Source: a virus (lineage: Duplodnaviria; Caudoviricetes). Taken from it: a stretch of DNA of 58,760 bases. The position numbers were made by a program, and so were the translations under genes. Position 1 is the stretch's first letter, and the number at the start of each line of letters is the position of its first letter. Below are positions 10,074 to 19,801 of the stretch, one piece after another. The DNA lies in the IMG/VR virus record IMGVR_UViG_3300025127_000039, positions 1 through 58,760 of that record. One strand, given 5' to 3'. The notes below the pieces were generated by a model. That model did no database searches. It was not told the origin of the DNA and saw only the letters and a program-made list of their open reading frames with translations.

Positions 10074-10445
10074 ATGGCAACAACAAATATAGTAGATAAA
10101 GATGGTAATACTATTGCAGCATCAGACGCGACAGTGCCATCAGATAGACATTTCAGAGGTGCTTGGACATTATCTGGTAAAACAATAACAGAAGATCTAG
10201 CTGAATCTAAAAAGATTTTTCAAGATAAGATTAGAGAAGTTAGAACTCCGTTATTAGCAGAAGAAGATGTAGTCTATATGAAAGCATTAGAAGCTGGAGA
10301 TAGTGATGCACAAGCAGCTAGTGTTACAAAGAAAAAAGCATTAAGAGATGCACCTGCTGCAAAAGCAATTACAGATGCAGACACTATTGCTAAGTTAAAA
10401 GCAGCTTGGGATACAAGTGTATTAGGCGATAGTCCATACGCATAG
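10074..10445 (+). CDS. Tail fibre assembly chaperone-like protein
   Basis: 123 aa, IREVRTPLL...KKALRDAPA motif typical of Tfa-like chaperones. Confidence 0.6.
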   Translation: MATTNIVDKDGNTIAASDATVPSDRHFRGAWTLSGKTITEDLAESKKIFQDKIREVRTPLLAEEDVVYMKALEAGDSDAQAASVTKKKALRDAPAAKAITDADTIAKLKAAWDTSVLGDSPYA

Positions 10446-10454
10446 GAGTAATGG

Positions 10455-10928
10455 ATGACTTTAACTAAAGTACAAGCCGAGGGAATAAATTTAGCAGATA
10501 CCTTTGCTTTTAGTGGAACTGTAAGTGGTGCAGGGTTAGCCTCTCCTTTTCCTACTAATACTGCAAGCACTTCAGAGGGTGGTGCGAATACAACTAATAT
10601 TTGTCAAGGCTTGGCAAAGGCTTGGGTTAATTTTAATGGTGCAGCATCTACTGTTAGCACTAATGATTCTTTTAATGTCGGCAGTATTACTGATAATGGT
10701 ACTGGAAAATACACAGTTAATATTAGTACTGCTATGGGCAATACTAATTATGCAGTTGCAGCACAAACTGAAGATGGTGGTGGATATAATGACCCTCGTA
10801 TAATCAATCACGAAGATAGTCAATCACGTAGCACTACGGCATACGGATTATATCATTGGCACATTAATAACGGAGTCTTAGATGATGCTACGAAATTAAA
10901 TGTAATAGTACACGGAGATTTAGCGTAA
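10455..10928 (+). CDS. 'GDLA' family fibre module, paralog 3
   Basis: QGLAKAWVNF...DSFNVGSITDNGTGKY...HGDLA*. Confidence 0.7.
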   Translation: MTLTKVQAEGINLADTFAFSGTVSGAGLASPFPTNTASTSEGGANTTNICQGLAKAWVNFNGAASTVSTNDSFNVGSITDNGTGKYTVNISTAMGNTNYAVAAQTEDGGGYNDPRIINHEDSQSRSTTAYGLYHWHINNGVLDDATKLNVIVHGDLA

Positions 10929-11386
10929 TGCCATATATAGGACGTTCAGAAAATTTTGGTGTAAGAAGTAGGTTTCAGTATCAAGCCACGGCTGGACAAA
11001 CCAGCTTCAGTGGATCAGATGCCAACTCACTATCACTAAGTTACAACGATACCTTGTATATGGATGTATATCAAAACGGAATATTGTTAGTGCCTGGCGA
11101 TGATTACACGGCAACAACTGGCACAACTGTTGTATTAGTCCAAGCAGCGAGTTTAAACGACATTGTAGAAATGGTCGTGTATGATACTTTTTCTGTAGCA
11201 GATAGTTATACAAAATCAGAGTCAGATACGAGGTATCCTTTCAAGGGCAATAATAGTATTATCAGATTAAACGGACAGACAATCAGTGCAGACATTACAA
11301 TAGATAGTGATGAGAATGGTGTAAGTGCAGGTCCTATAACACAGTCAGCAACAGTCACTGTTAATGGCTACTGGAGTATCGTATGA
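10928..11386 (+). CDS. Tail fibre-associated protein
   Basis: 152 aa, DVYQNGILL motif; paralog of 7687-8136. Confidence 0.6.
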   Translation: MPYIGRSENFGVRSRFQYQATAGQTSFSGSDANSLSLSYNDTLYMDVYQNGILLVPGDDYTATTGTTVVLVQAASLNDIVEMVVYDTFSVADSYTKSESDTRYPFKGNNSIIRLNGQTISADITIDSDENGVSAGPITQSATVTVNGYWSIV

Positions 11387-11820
11387 CAAGTCAATTAAAT
11401 GTAGATACTATTGTAGATAAAGCAGGTAGTGGTGGCACTAATGTTAAGATAGCAAATACATCTGTTACTGTAGCTGAAGGTGGTAGTGGCACACAGAACA
11501 CTGTGCAAGGATTGGCAAAAGGTTGGTTGCATTACGATCAAAGAACACCAACTGTTAGAGATAGTTTTAATATTACAAGTGTTGAAGATACTGCAAATGG
11601 TCACTACAAGGCAACAATTACTAATGCAATGGACAATATATATTATACTTTAGCTCACAGTGGTTCTTATGATGCTGATATTACAAATTCTAGCAGAGCA
11701 GATATTCATTTTGGGTTTCCAGAAACGACAACCCTTTATCAAAACGGTAGTATGAATACTGGCAACTCATATATTGATGATACATATTCCTTGAGTGTTG
11801 TACACGGAGACTTAGCATAA
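11383..11820 (+). CDS. 'GDLA' family fibre module, paralog 4
   Basis: QGLAKGW...DSFNITSVED...HGDLA*. Confidence 0.7.
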   Translation: MTSQLNVDTIVDKAGSGGTNVKIANTSVTVAEGGSGTQNTVQGLAKGWLHYDQRTPTVRDSFNITSVEDTANGHYKATITNAMDNIYYTLAHSGSYDADITNSSRADIHFGFPETTTLYQNGSMNTGNSYIDDTYSLSVVHGDLA

Positions 11821-12212
11821 TGGCTAGTGAACTTAAAGTAGATAAATTTACAGGTGTAACGACAGCAGGTTCTATTGATGTTACAGGTGAAGGCAATAGT
11901 ACAACAACTAATCTTCAGCAAGGATTAGCAAAAGCTTGGCTTTTTGGAAGTAGCTCGGCTGTTTTACAAGATTCTTTTAATATAAGCACTCCAACTGACC
12001 ACGGAACTGGTGATTATAGCTATACTCTAACTAATCCTTTCAGTAATGATGACTACTCTTTAACTGCTACAGCAAATAGTACAGACCAACGCAGAAATGC
12101 TACTGAAAATGGTGCAAGGTCATTAGCTGGTACTTTAGCTATAGAAACTTCTGATGCAGGAACTATGGATAATACTGCTCACAACATTACGGCACATGGG
12201 GACTTGGCATAA
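11820..12212 (+). CDS. 'GDLA' family fibre module, paralog 5
   Basis: QGLAKAW...DSFNIST...GTGDY...HGDLA*. Confidence 0.7.
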   Translation: MASELKVDKFTGVTTAGSIDVTGEGNSTTTNLQQGLAKAWLFGSSSAVLQDSFNISTPTDHGTGDYSYTLTNPFSNDDYSLTATANSTDQRRNATENGARSLAGTLAIETSDAGTMDNTAHNITAHGDLA

Positions 12213-12592
12213 TGGCTAGTATATTAAGAGTAAACACATTAACAGATGCAAGTAGTAACAATAGTATTGCTACGAGTTTTATAGCAAATGGTAGTGCGAA
12301 GGCTTGGGTGGAGGCAAAAACTGTTACTAGTCATGCTATTCAAGGTAGTCTGAACGTATCTTCACTAACAGATGGTGGTACTGGTGCTTTTGATGCAGTA
12401 ACATTTACTTCAGCAATGGCTAATGATGACTATGCAGTTGCAACATCTTGTGGACTTGAATCAAACGATGATGGTTTTATTAGGCGTTATGTACAGACCA
12501 CATCGGCAACAGGTGGCAGAGTAAGAACACACAATGGAAATCTTAACGATGCTAACCTTAATAGTTTCGTTATACACGGAGACCTCGCATGA
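12212..12592 (+). CDS. 'GDLA' family fibre module, paralog 6
   Basis: GSAKAW...SLNVSSLTDGGTG...HGDLA*. Confidence 0.7.
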   Translation: MASILRVNTLTDASSNNSIATSFIANGSAKAWVEAKTVTSHAIQGSLNVSSLTDGGTGAFDAVTFTSAMANDDYAVATSCGLESNDDGFIRRYVQTTSATGGRVRTHNGNLNDANLNSFVIHGDLA

Positions 12593-13662
12593 CCAAAGCA
12601 GCAGAATTAGCAAAGATGGGTGAAGTCTTAACCAATAGTCAGATTGGTGGGCGAAGAAATTTGGTTATCAATGGTGCAATGCAAGTGGCACAGAGAGGAA
12701 CAAGTTTTACTAGCACTGCTGATTTATACACATTAGATAGATTTGCTATTGGTCATGGCACAGTAAATGCTATGACTGTCACACAAGTAACAGATGCTCC
12801 ATCAGGGTTTCAATATAGTTTAAAAGTGCTTACTGGCACTGGTGCTAGTTCAGGTGCCGCAGGTTATGGTGTTTTAAGACAAGCTATTGAAGGTACAAAT
12901 ATGTATCAGTTAAAATTTGGCACAAGTGATGCAGAATCTGTTACTTTATCTTTTTATGTAAAAAGTAGTTTAACTGGAACATTTGCTGTTTCTATTAGAA
13001 ATCAAGCAGGTAATAGAGCATTTGCAGCAACCTATACTATTAGTTCAGCTAATACTTGGGAATTTAAAACAATTACTATTGCAGGTGACACATCTGGTAC
13101 ATGGACAGCAGATACTGGAATAGGACTTCATGTTCAATTTGATTTAGGTGCTGGTTCAAATTATGATATTGCAACTGGAGCATGGACATCAGGTTCTAAT
13201 ATGTTTGGTGGTGAAAGCACAGTAAAGTTAACTGAAACAACAAATGCAACATGGTTTCTTACTGGATTACAAGTTGAAGTAGGCTCACAAGCCACACCAT
13301 TTGAGCATAGGTCATTTGGGGAAGAACTAGATTTGTGTCAAAGGTATTATCAACAATATAATGATGATGGTTCTACTGAAGGATATGTGACAGTTGGTAT
13401 GATTAATTCTGACAGATTTTTTGGAATTTTAAGATACGTTAAAACAATGAGAGCAGTGCCAACTGTTGCAAGTACAGGTAGTGCTTTTAAAGTAATAAGT
13501 GCTGCTAATACTGCAACTGGTTATAGTATTGATGAAGCACACACTCCGACTGTTGATTCAGTTCGTTTAAGAACTGGCTCTAATAGTAACTTGAGTGATG
13601 GTCAAGGTGCTACATTATCTTGGAGTGCTTCAGGAAATATATCATTAGACTCGGAGTTATAA
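12589..13662 (+). CDS. Putative receptor- or carbohydrate-binding fibre protein
   Basis: 357 aa, RRNLVINGAMQVAQRG...ATPFEHR...LCQRYY motifs typical of phage fibre carbohydrate-binding domains. Confidence 0.65.
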   Translation: MTKAAELAKMGEVLTNSQIGGRRNLVINGAMQVAQRGTSFTSTADLYTLDRFAIGHGTVNAMTVTQVTDAPSGFQYSLKVLTGTGASSGAAGYGVLRQAIEGTNMYQLKFGTSDAESVTLSFYVKSSLTGTFAVSIRNQAGNRAFAATYTISSANTWEFKTITIAGDTSGTWTADTGIGLHVQFDLGAGSNYDIATGAWTSGSNMFGGESTVKLTETTNATWFLTGLQVEVGSQATPFEHRSFGEELDLCQRYYQQYNDDGSTEGYVTVGMINSDRFFGILRYVKTMRAVPTVASTGSAFKVISAANTATGYSIDEAHTPTVDSVRLRTGSNSNLSDGQGATLSWSASGNISLDSEL

Positions 13663-13664
13663 AC

Positions 13665-13847
13665 ATGAATATTAAATCAGCAAAATATGTGGCAGAGGAT
13701 GGTGAAAATTCTACAATAAAATTAATTTTAGATGAAATGCCATCAAATGTAAAATTTATGTTTGTACCACTAGACCCTAACAACAGACACTACCAAGCAA
13801 TCCAAGAATGGGTAGCTGAAGGCAACAAGATAGAGGATGCCGATTAA
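13665..13847 (+). CDS. Small fibre chaperone
   Basis: VPLDPNNRHYQAIQEWVAEGN motif; GGAG SD before ATG 13665. Confidence 0.6.
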   Translation: MNIKSAKYVAEDGENSTIKLILDEMPSNVKFMFVPLDPNNRHYQAIQEWVAEGNKIEDAD

Positions 13848-14329
13848 TGTTGGGTCACGCTGCCATAGCAGAAACTGCTCTTGCTGATGTAGGTGGCGTA
13901 TTACAAGTAGCTACAGCAGAGATGAGTGGTATCTCATCTGCAAGTTCTATAGGTGTAGGGGAGCTTGTTGGTGTTGCATCAATGAGTGCAGCCTTTAGTC
14001 AACAAACTGAAGTTAGTACAAAAGTAAGTGGTGTTATAGATCTTAGTTCTGTTTTTCTTATTACAGCAGACGACATAAAAATTGTTAACTTTACCGATGC
14101 AACTTTAAGCACAGCGTTTACACAAACTGCTGATGGTATTAAGATAGCATCAGGTGTTGTAACAAAAGATTTGAATTTTACAAAAACAACATCTGGAGAT
14201 ATACTGTATGTGGCAGTAACAACGGATGCAACAACAGAGACGTACACAGAAATTACGCCAAGTGGTACAGAAACTTGGACAGAGATAACACCGAGTGGTA
14301 CAGAAACTTGGACAGAAATAATACAGTGA
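13847..14329 (+). CDS. Virion protein with C-terminal 11-aa repeats
   Basis: 160 aa ending TETYTEITPSG-TETWTEITPSG-TETWTEI (33-bp period). Confidence 0.65.
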   Translation: MLGHAAIAETALADVGGVLQVATAEMSGISSASSIGVGELVGVASMSAAFSQQTEVSTKVSGVIDLSSVFLITADDIKIVNFTDATLSTAFTQTADGIKIASGVVTKDLNFTKTTSGDILYVAVTTDATTETYTEITPSGTETWTEITPSGTETWTEIIQ

Positions 14330-14337
14330 GGTAAAAA

Positions 14338-14964
14338 ATGGCAAGTACATACACATCAAATACTGGCATAGAAAAAATAGGTGCTGGTGAACAAGCGGGT
14401 ACTTGGGGTAATACCACCAATAACAATCTAGATATAGTAGATAGAACATTAAATGGTGTTGTAACTCTAACTATCACTGGTAATAAAACACTAACTACAA
14501 GTGATGGCACTTTATCAGAAGGACACTATAAAATTTTAGTTTTATCTGGCTCTCCTTCTGGTGCATTTGATTTAACCATAGATCCAAACGACCAACAAAA
14601 ATGGTTTTTTATAAAGAACTCAACCAACCAAACAGCCACAGTAAAACAAGGCGGTGGATCAGGAACCACGGTAGCTTTAGCCACTAACACCTCTGGTATA
14701 ATATTTGCTGACGGCACTGGTGCAAATGCGAATGTGGCATCAGTTCCAACAGATTTAGTAGGAGATACGAGTCCGCAACTTGGAGGTGACTTGGACACCA
14801 ACGGCAATGCAATTTTATTTGGATCTAGTAAATGGGCAATATCATTAGATACTGGTGACAATGAATTACTATTTAAATATAATGGCACAACTGTATTTAA
14901 GTTAGGATCTAACGGTGCAGTAACATCAGCAAATAATATAACAGCGTTTGGAACAAGTTTATAA
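14338..14964 (+). CDS. Tail protein
   Basis: 208 aa, GEQAGTWGNTTNNNL N-terminus, PQLGGDLD motif. Confidence 0.65.
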   Translation: MASTYTSNTGIEKIGAGEQAGTWGNTTNNNLDIVDRTLNGVVTLTITGNKTLTTSDGTLSEGHYKILVLSGSPSGAFDLTIDPNDQQKWFFIKNSTNQTATVKQGGGSGTTVALATNTSGIIFADGTGANANVASVPTDLVGDTSPQLGGDLDTNGNAILFGSSKWAISLDTGDNELLFKYNGTTVFKLGSNGAVTSANNITAFGTSL

Positions 14965-16379
14965 TGGCGGCATTACCAGCATCTGGAGCCATATCACTTC
15001 AAGATATTGAAGAACAATATAATCCCGGAACAAACTTACCAAGTCGAGGATTGAGTGAGTTCTATCTTGGTGGTTCATTGGTTCGTGCTAATGCTGGTAA
15101 TAATTCTGCTACAAACATGTCGGCTGGTGTGCCTACTTCTGGAACAATTTCATTTAATGATTTTTATAGTAAAGAAAGAGCTTTTAAAAAGACATTTAGT
15201 GACGGCAATACAAATCAAAGTGCAGATACTATTTTTGGTGACGATTTTGAAGTAGATTATCCAAAACAACTTGTAGTAGGTTCAGGAGATACTATTGGTG
15301 CAACTAGTACATCTAATGCTGCTTTGACAATAGAAAGCAATGGTGTTGGTTCTATAACTGTTACAAACGAGGGTAGTATCGAGGGTGCAGGTGGTGCGGC
15401 AGGAGCAGCAGGGGGTAATGCTCTTGAAGTTGCTGGAAGTGTTGCAGTCACGCTAGTTAATAATGGTACAATTAAAGCTGGTGGTGGCGGAGGTGGTGCT
15501 GGAGGTGATGGTGGTAATGGTGTTTATACTGCTAATGCTACTTTTTCTAGTTTAGTGGATCGAGGGGGAGGAGGAACATCTACACCTCAAAATAATTCTC
15601 CAAGTTGGTTCACCACTTATGGTGGTTCTGGAAATAATTTAGATGGTCAAGGTGTTGTTGCAGATCGGCTGTGGGGTGGTATTGGAGCACAATTTAGCAG
15701 AGGTATCAATCCATCACAGTTTGATTTAAATTCTTTAGGTGGTGCAGGAACGGGATTATCTGGTAATTGTGCTAACAGAGGTCCTATTTATTTTTCTGCA
15801 CAAACTAATACAACTGGTGTTTATACAGTAACTGCTGGTATTAGCTCTCAATATGGAAGTGGATATGGAACACCACAAATATCTGTAAGCACAAGCACAT
15901 CAAGCTCTGGAACTACTGTATCTAATAGTGGAACAGCAGGTATTACTGCAAACACAACCACATATTTTACTGTCTTTGGCACAACTGCACATCAAGGAAC
16001 AACTGCTCCAAACTTTTATTATAATTCGTTGAGTGGTTCTGTTTCTGGCACTTGTTTAGCAGTACAAGGAGGAGGCTCTGGTGGTGCAGGTGGTGTTGGA
16101 CAAGGTTACAATCAGTCTGCTGCATCTGGTTCAAGTGGTAATAGTGGAATTAATAATGCTGGTACTGGAGGAGCAGGCGGTGCTGGTGGAGCATTTGGTG
16201 CATCGGGATCAACTGGATCAACAGGCAGTAATGGTAGTGGATCAAGCGTAAGTTTCCCATCTTCTGCACCAACAAACGGATCAAGTGGCAGTTCTGGTGG
16301 AGCATCTGGTAAATCAATACAAGGTGTTAGTAATGTAACATCAAGTGGTAGTGGATCATTAACTGGAGGTACAGCATAA
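14964..16379 (+). CDS. Glycine-rich tail fibre tip / adhesin
   Basis: 471 aa with polyglycine stretches (GGGGGGAGG), as in gp38-like adhesins. Confidence 0.65.
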   Translation: MAALPASGAISLQDIEEQYNPGTNLPSRGLSEFYLGGSLVRANAGNNSATNMSAGVPTSGTISFNDFYSKERAFKKTFSDGNTNQSADTIFGDDFEVDYPKQLVVGSGDTIGATSTSNAALTIESNGVGSITVTNEGSIEGAGGAAGAAGGNALEVAGSVAVTLVNNGTIKAGGGGGGAGGDGGNGVYTANATFSSLVDRGGGGTSTPQNNSPSWFTTYGGSGNNLDGQGVVADRLWGGIGAQFSRGINPSQFDLNSLGGAGTGLSGNCANRGPIYFSAQTNTTGVYTVTAGISSQYGSGYGTPQISVSTSTSSSGTTVSNSGTAGITANTTTYFTVFGTTAHQGTTAPNFYYNSLSGSVSGTCLAVQGGGSGGAGGVGQGYNQSAASGSSGNSGINNAGTGGAGGAGGAFGASGSTGSTGSNGSGSSVSFPSSAPTNGSSGSSGGASGKSIQGVSNVTSSGSGSLTGGTA

Positions 16380-18529
16380 TGCCTATGAAAGCTTTAAAAT
16401 TTAAACCTGGCATAGTATCTGATGTTACATCTTATAGTGCAGAAGGTGGTTTTGTTGATGGTGATAAAGTAAGGTTTAGATTTGGTTTTCCAGAGAAGTT
16501 TGGTGGTTGGGAAAAATATAGTCAGAACACATATTTAGGTAGTGCTAGAAGATTACATAACTGGGTAGCTCTTGATGGCTCTGATTTTATGGGTATTGGC
16601 ACACATCTTAAATACTACATAGAAGAGGGTCAAACTTTTAACGATATTACACCAATAAGAGTTACTACAGGTATAGGTGATGTAACCTTTTCTGCGACAA
16701 ACGGATCTACAACAATAACTGTGACAGATCCAGCACATGGTGCAAATGAAAAAGACTTCGTAACCTTCTCTGGTGCAACAACTTTAGGTGGTACAATAAC
16801 TGCTACAATACTTAACGCAGAGTTTCAAATCGCATCTATTATAAGTTCTAACGCTTACACAATCACATCAAGTGTAGCAGCTAATTCATCTGATACTGGT
16901 AATGGTGGATCTAGCGTTGTAGGTGCATACCAGTTGAATGTTGGATTAGATGTAACAGTCGGTGGTACTGGTTGGGGTGCAGGTCAGTGGAGTGGTACAA
17001 CCTCTGGTGCTTTGGCAACACAACTTAATGAAGCTTTAGACGCAAGTGAAACTGCAATAGATGTAGACAGTGCAACAGGGATCACAGCCGGTGATCTAAT
17101 ACTAATAGAAGAAGAACTGATTACGGTTGGCACAATAAGTTCTAATACTTTAGGCACTGGTGGAGGTCCATCAACCAGAGGTGCAAGTGGTACGGATGCA
17201 GCCACACATGCAGACAACACTCTTGTAAGATTAGCAACTGGCAATGTAGACTCTGCCAATGACTTTGTTGGATGGGGTAATGCAGCAAGTGTCACGACTC
17301 CTGGAGCACAGATTAGATTGTGGTCACATGATAATTTTGGTGAAGATATTATTATAAACCCAAGAGATGGTGGATTATTTTACTGGGATAAAACAAATGG
17401 TTTAGGCAACAGAGCCGTAGAACTTAGTGCGACAAGCACATATTCTGGAGAAACAAGTGTGCCTACTATTGCTAAACAAGTTCTTGTATCAGACCAAGAC
17501 AGACATGTTATCGTGTTTGGTTGTGATGGATTAGGTGCAAATTCGTCTGCTACACAAGGGAATGGGGTACAAGATCCTTTGTTAATACGTTTCTCCTCAC
17601 AAGAAAACCCAGTGGATTTTTTCCCAACTGCAACGAATACAGCAGGTGATTTAAGGTTAGGTGGTGGATCTACCTTCGTACAAGCTGTTGAAACAAAACA
17701 ACAGATACTCGTCTTCACTAATAAAACACTACACGCTATGAAGTTCATAGGTCCACCATTTACTTTTGGTTTGCAAGAATTATCTAAGAACATAACCATT
17801 ATGAGTCCTTTTTCTGCTATAGCAGTTGAAGATGCAGTGTTTTGGATGGGTGTAGATACGTTCTACGTTTATTCTGGTGGTCAAACAATACAATTACCAT
17901 GCACAGTAAAAGACAAAGTATTTTTAGATTTTAATTTTGAGGAGCGTGATAAAGTTCATGTTGGTTTAAATTCTGAATTTGGTGAGATATTATGGTTTTA
18001 TCCATCATCTGCTGGCACAGAAATTGATAAGTATGTTGCATATAATTATATAGAAAAAATTTGGTATTATGGCACTTTGGCAAGACAAGCATGGCTTGAC
18101 AGAGGTATAAGAAACTTACCACAAGCTACTGGTAATCAGTATCTTTACAATCATGAAGTAGGATTTGATGATGATGGATCTGCCATGACATCGTTTATTG
18201 AATCTGCATCTATTGATATAGGAGATGGCGACAAGTTTGTGTCTTTGAAACAAGTTATACCAGATATTACATTTAACGGATCTACTAGCGTCAATCCAGA
18301 TGTGTCTTTCACAATGAAATCAAGAAACAACCCTGGTGCTAATTTTAATCAAACTACAGAGAATACAACACAAAGATCTGCGACTAGTCCAGTAGAACAA
18401 TTTACACAAAAGTTAGATTATCGTTTACGAGGAAGGTCTTTTGCTTTAAGGATAGATTCCACATCACTAGGAACAAAATATAAATTAGGTACGCCAAGAG
18501 TTGATGTTAGGGAGGATGGTAGACGCTAA
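16379..18529 (+). CDS. Tail tubular/nozzle (DNA-stabilisation) protein
   Basis: 716 aa; size, beta-propeller-like repeats and position before the ejection proteins. Confidence 0.65.
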   Translation: MPMKALKFKPGIVSDVTSYSAEGGFVDGDKVRFRFGFPEKFGGWEKYSQNTYLGSARRLHNWVALDGSDFMGIGTHLKYYIEEGQTFNDITPIRVTTGIGDVTFSATNGSTTITVTDPAHGANEKDFVTFSGATTLGGTITATILNAEFQIASIISSNAYTITSSVAANSSDTGNGGSSVVGAYQLNVGLDVTVGGTGWGAGQWSGTTSGALATQLNEALDASETAIDVDSATGITAGDLILIEEELITVGTISSNTLGTGGGPSTRGASGTDAATHADNTLVRLATGNVDSANDFVGWGNAASVTTPGAQIRLWSHDNFGEDIIINPRDGGLFYWDKTNGLGNRAVELSATSTYSGETSVPTIAKQVLVSDQDRHVIVFGCDGLGANSSATQGNGVQDPLLIRFSSQENPVDFFPTATNTAGDLRLGGGSTFVQAVETKQQILVFTNKTLHAMKFIGPPFTFGLQELSKNITIMSPFSAIAVEDAVFWMGVDTFYVYSGGQTIQLPCTVKDKVFLDFNFEERDKVHVGLNSEFGEILWFYPSSAGTEIDKYVAYNYIEKIWYYGTLARQAWLDRGIRNLPQATGNQYLYNHEVGFDDDGSAMTSFIESASIDIGDGDKFVSLKQVIPDITFNGSTSVNPDVSFTMKSRNNPGANFNQTTENTTQRSATSPVEQFTQKLDYRLRGRSFALRIDSTSLGTKYKLGTPRVDVREDGRR

Positions 18530-18918
18530 TGCTTATAACCAGTATTCCACAATATATTCAAGGTATTACAAATGCAAAGGTAGATTTAACCACAACAGAT
18601 CTTACAACTTTGTTTACAGTTCCTAGTGATGCCGACTTTAACGCAGCCGTTGTGAGTTCTATTTTAGTTGCTGAAGATAGTGGAAATGCTGATACAATAA
18701 CAGTCACACTCGTAAGTGGGAGTGATACATTTGTACTATTTAAAGTTAAAGCAGTAGGAGCGAACACAACAGTTGAGTTGCTTACAAGAGATCTAATATT
18801 GCAAAGTGGTGAGATATTAAAGGTGCAAGCGGCAACGGCAAATAGATTACACGTTGTAGCTAGTATTCAAGAATTATCTAAAACAAGAGTAACAACAAGT
18901 GCATTGTCAAGAATTTAA
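18529..18918 (+). CDS. Tail-associated beta-sandwich protein
   Basis: 129 aa, GGAGG SD; similar to 7340-7687. Confidence 0.6.
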   Translation: MLITSIPQYIQGITNAKVDLTTTDLTTLFTVPSDADFNAAVVSSILVAEDSGNADTITVTLVSGSDTFVLFKVKAVGANTTVELLTRDLILQSGEILKVQAATANRLHVVASIQELSKTRVTTSALSRI

Positions 18919-18961
18919 AAGGTATATAGACGTATTTATTAAATTAAGGTAAGATAACTTC

Positions 18962-19801
18962 ATGAGTATAGGTAGATTTTTAAAACAAATAGCACCAATA
19001 GCTTTAACTGCCGTTGCAGGACCTGCTATAGGGCAAGGATTAGGTGCTTTGTTTGGGCCTGCAGCAAAAACTGCTCTTGCTAATAATCCATTTTTAGTAA
19101 GGACTGGTCTTGGATTTTTAGGATCTAAAGCTTCTGGTCGTAAATCCAAAGATGCTTTAAGAGATGCCTTAATAACTGGTGCAGTTGGATCGGCATTTGA
19201 TAGTTTTACTGGACCCGAAAATGTTGCTTCAGATGTTGCAAATCAACAGAACATAAGAAAATCTTTAGATCAAGGAGTTTCTCGTAATCAAGCCATAGAT
19301 CAAGTTGTTAAAAACACTAAACCACCAGTTGAAAAAGCATTAGAAAATGTTAAAGGTAGTGCACCTAGAACCTTTGCTGGTGAATTGTTAAAAGCCGGTG
19401 GTATAGGCGATGATAATTTATTGGCAAGATTGTTGAATACAAGAGTTGGAGAGGGATTAACTGCCGGACTAATAGCACAATTATTAGCTGGAGATGATGA
19501 TGAAGAAAGACCTCGTGAGTTTGAGCAAAGACCATTTGGATTTGGTGGGCCTGGAGGTAGATTAGGTGGAATTAGATTTGCAGCAGATGGTGGACTAAGT
19601 GATCCTATGAGTTTCCCAAGACGTAATGGTGGCATAGATCCATCAGAAGGCTCTGGTACAAAAGATGATGTTCCGGCAATGTTAATGGCTGGTGAGTTCG
19701 TTCTAACAAAAGATGCAGTAAAAGGCTTGGGTGATGGAAACCAAAGAAAAGGCATACAAAGAGCATATGACATGATGGATAAATTAGAAGCGAGGGCGTA
19801 A
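18962..19801 (+). CDS. Internal virion / ejection protein
   Basis: 279 aa, Gly/Ala-rich hydrophobic N-terminus, GTKDDVPAMLMAGEFV motif. Confidence 0.65.
   Translation: MSIGRFLKQIAPIALTAVAGPAIGQGLGALFGPAAKTALANNPFLVRTGLGFLGSKASGRKSKDALRDALITGAVGSAFDSFTGPENVASDVANQQNIRKSLDQGVSRNQAIDQVVKNTKPPVEKALENVKGSAPRTFAGELLKAGGIGDDNLLARLLNTRVGEGLTAGLIAQLLAGDDDEERPREFEQRPFGFGGPGGRLGGIRFAADGGLSDPMSFPRRNGGIDPSEGSGTKDDVPAMLMAGEFVLTKDAVKGLGDGNQRKGIQRAYDMMDKLEARA

Noticed and set aside
8738-12592. Diversity-generating retroelement or invertible shufflon acting on the fibre paralogs
   Set aside because: No reverse transcriptase, no adenine-specific TR/VR pair, no recombinase, and all modules are in the same orientation
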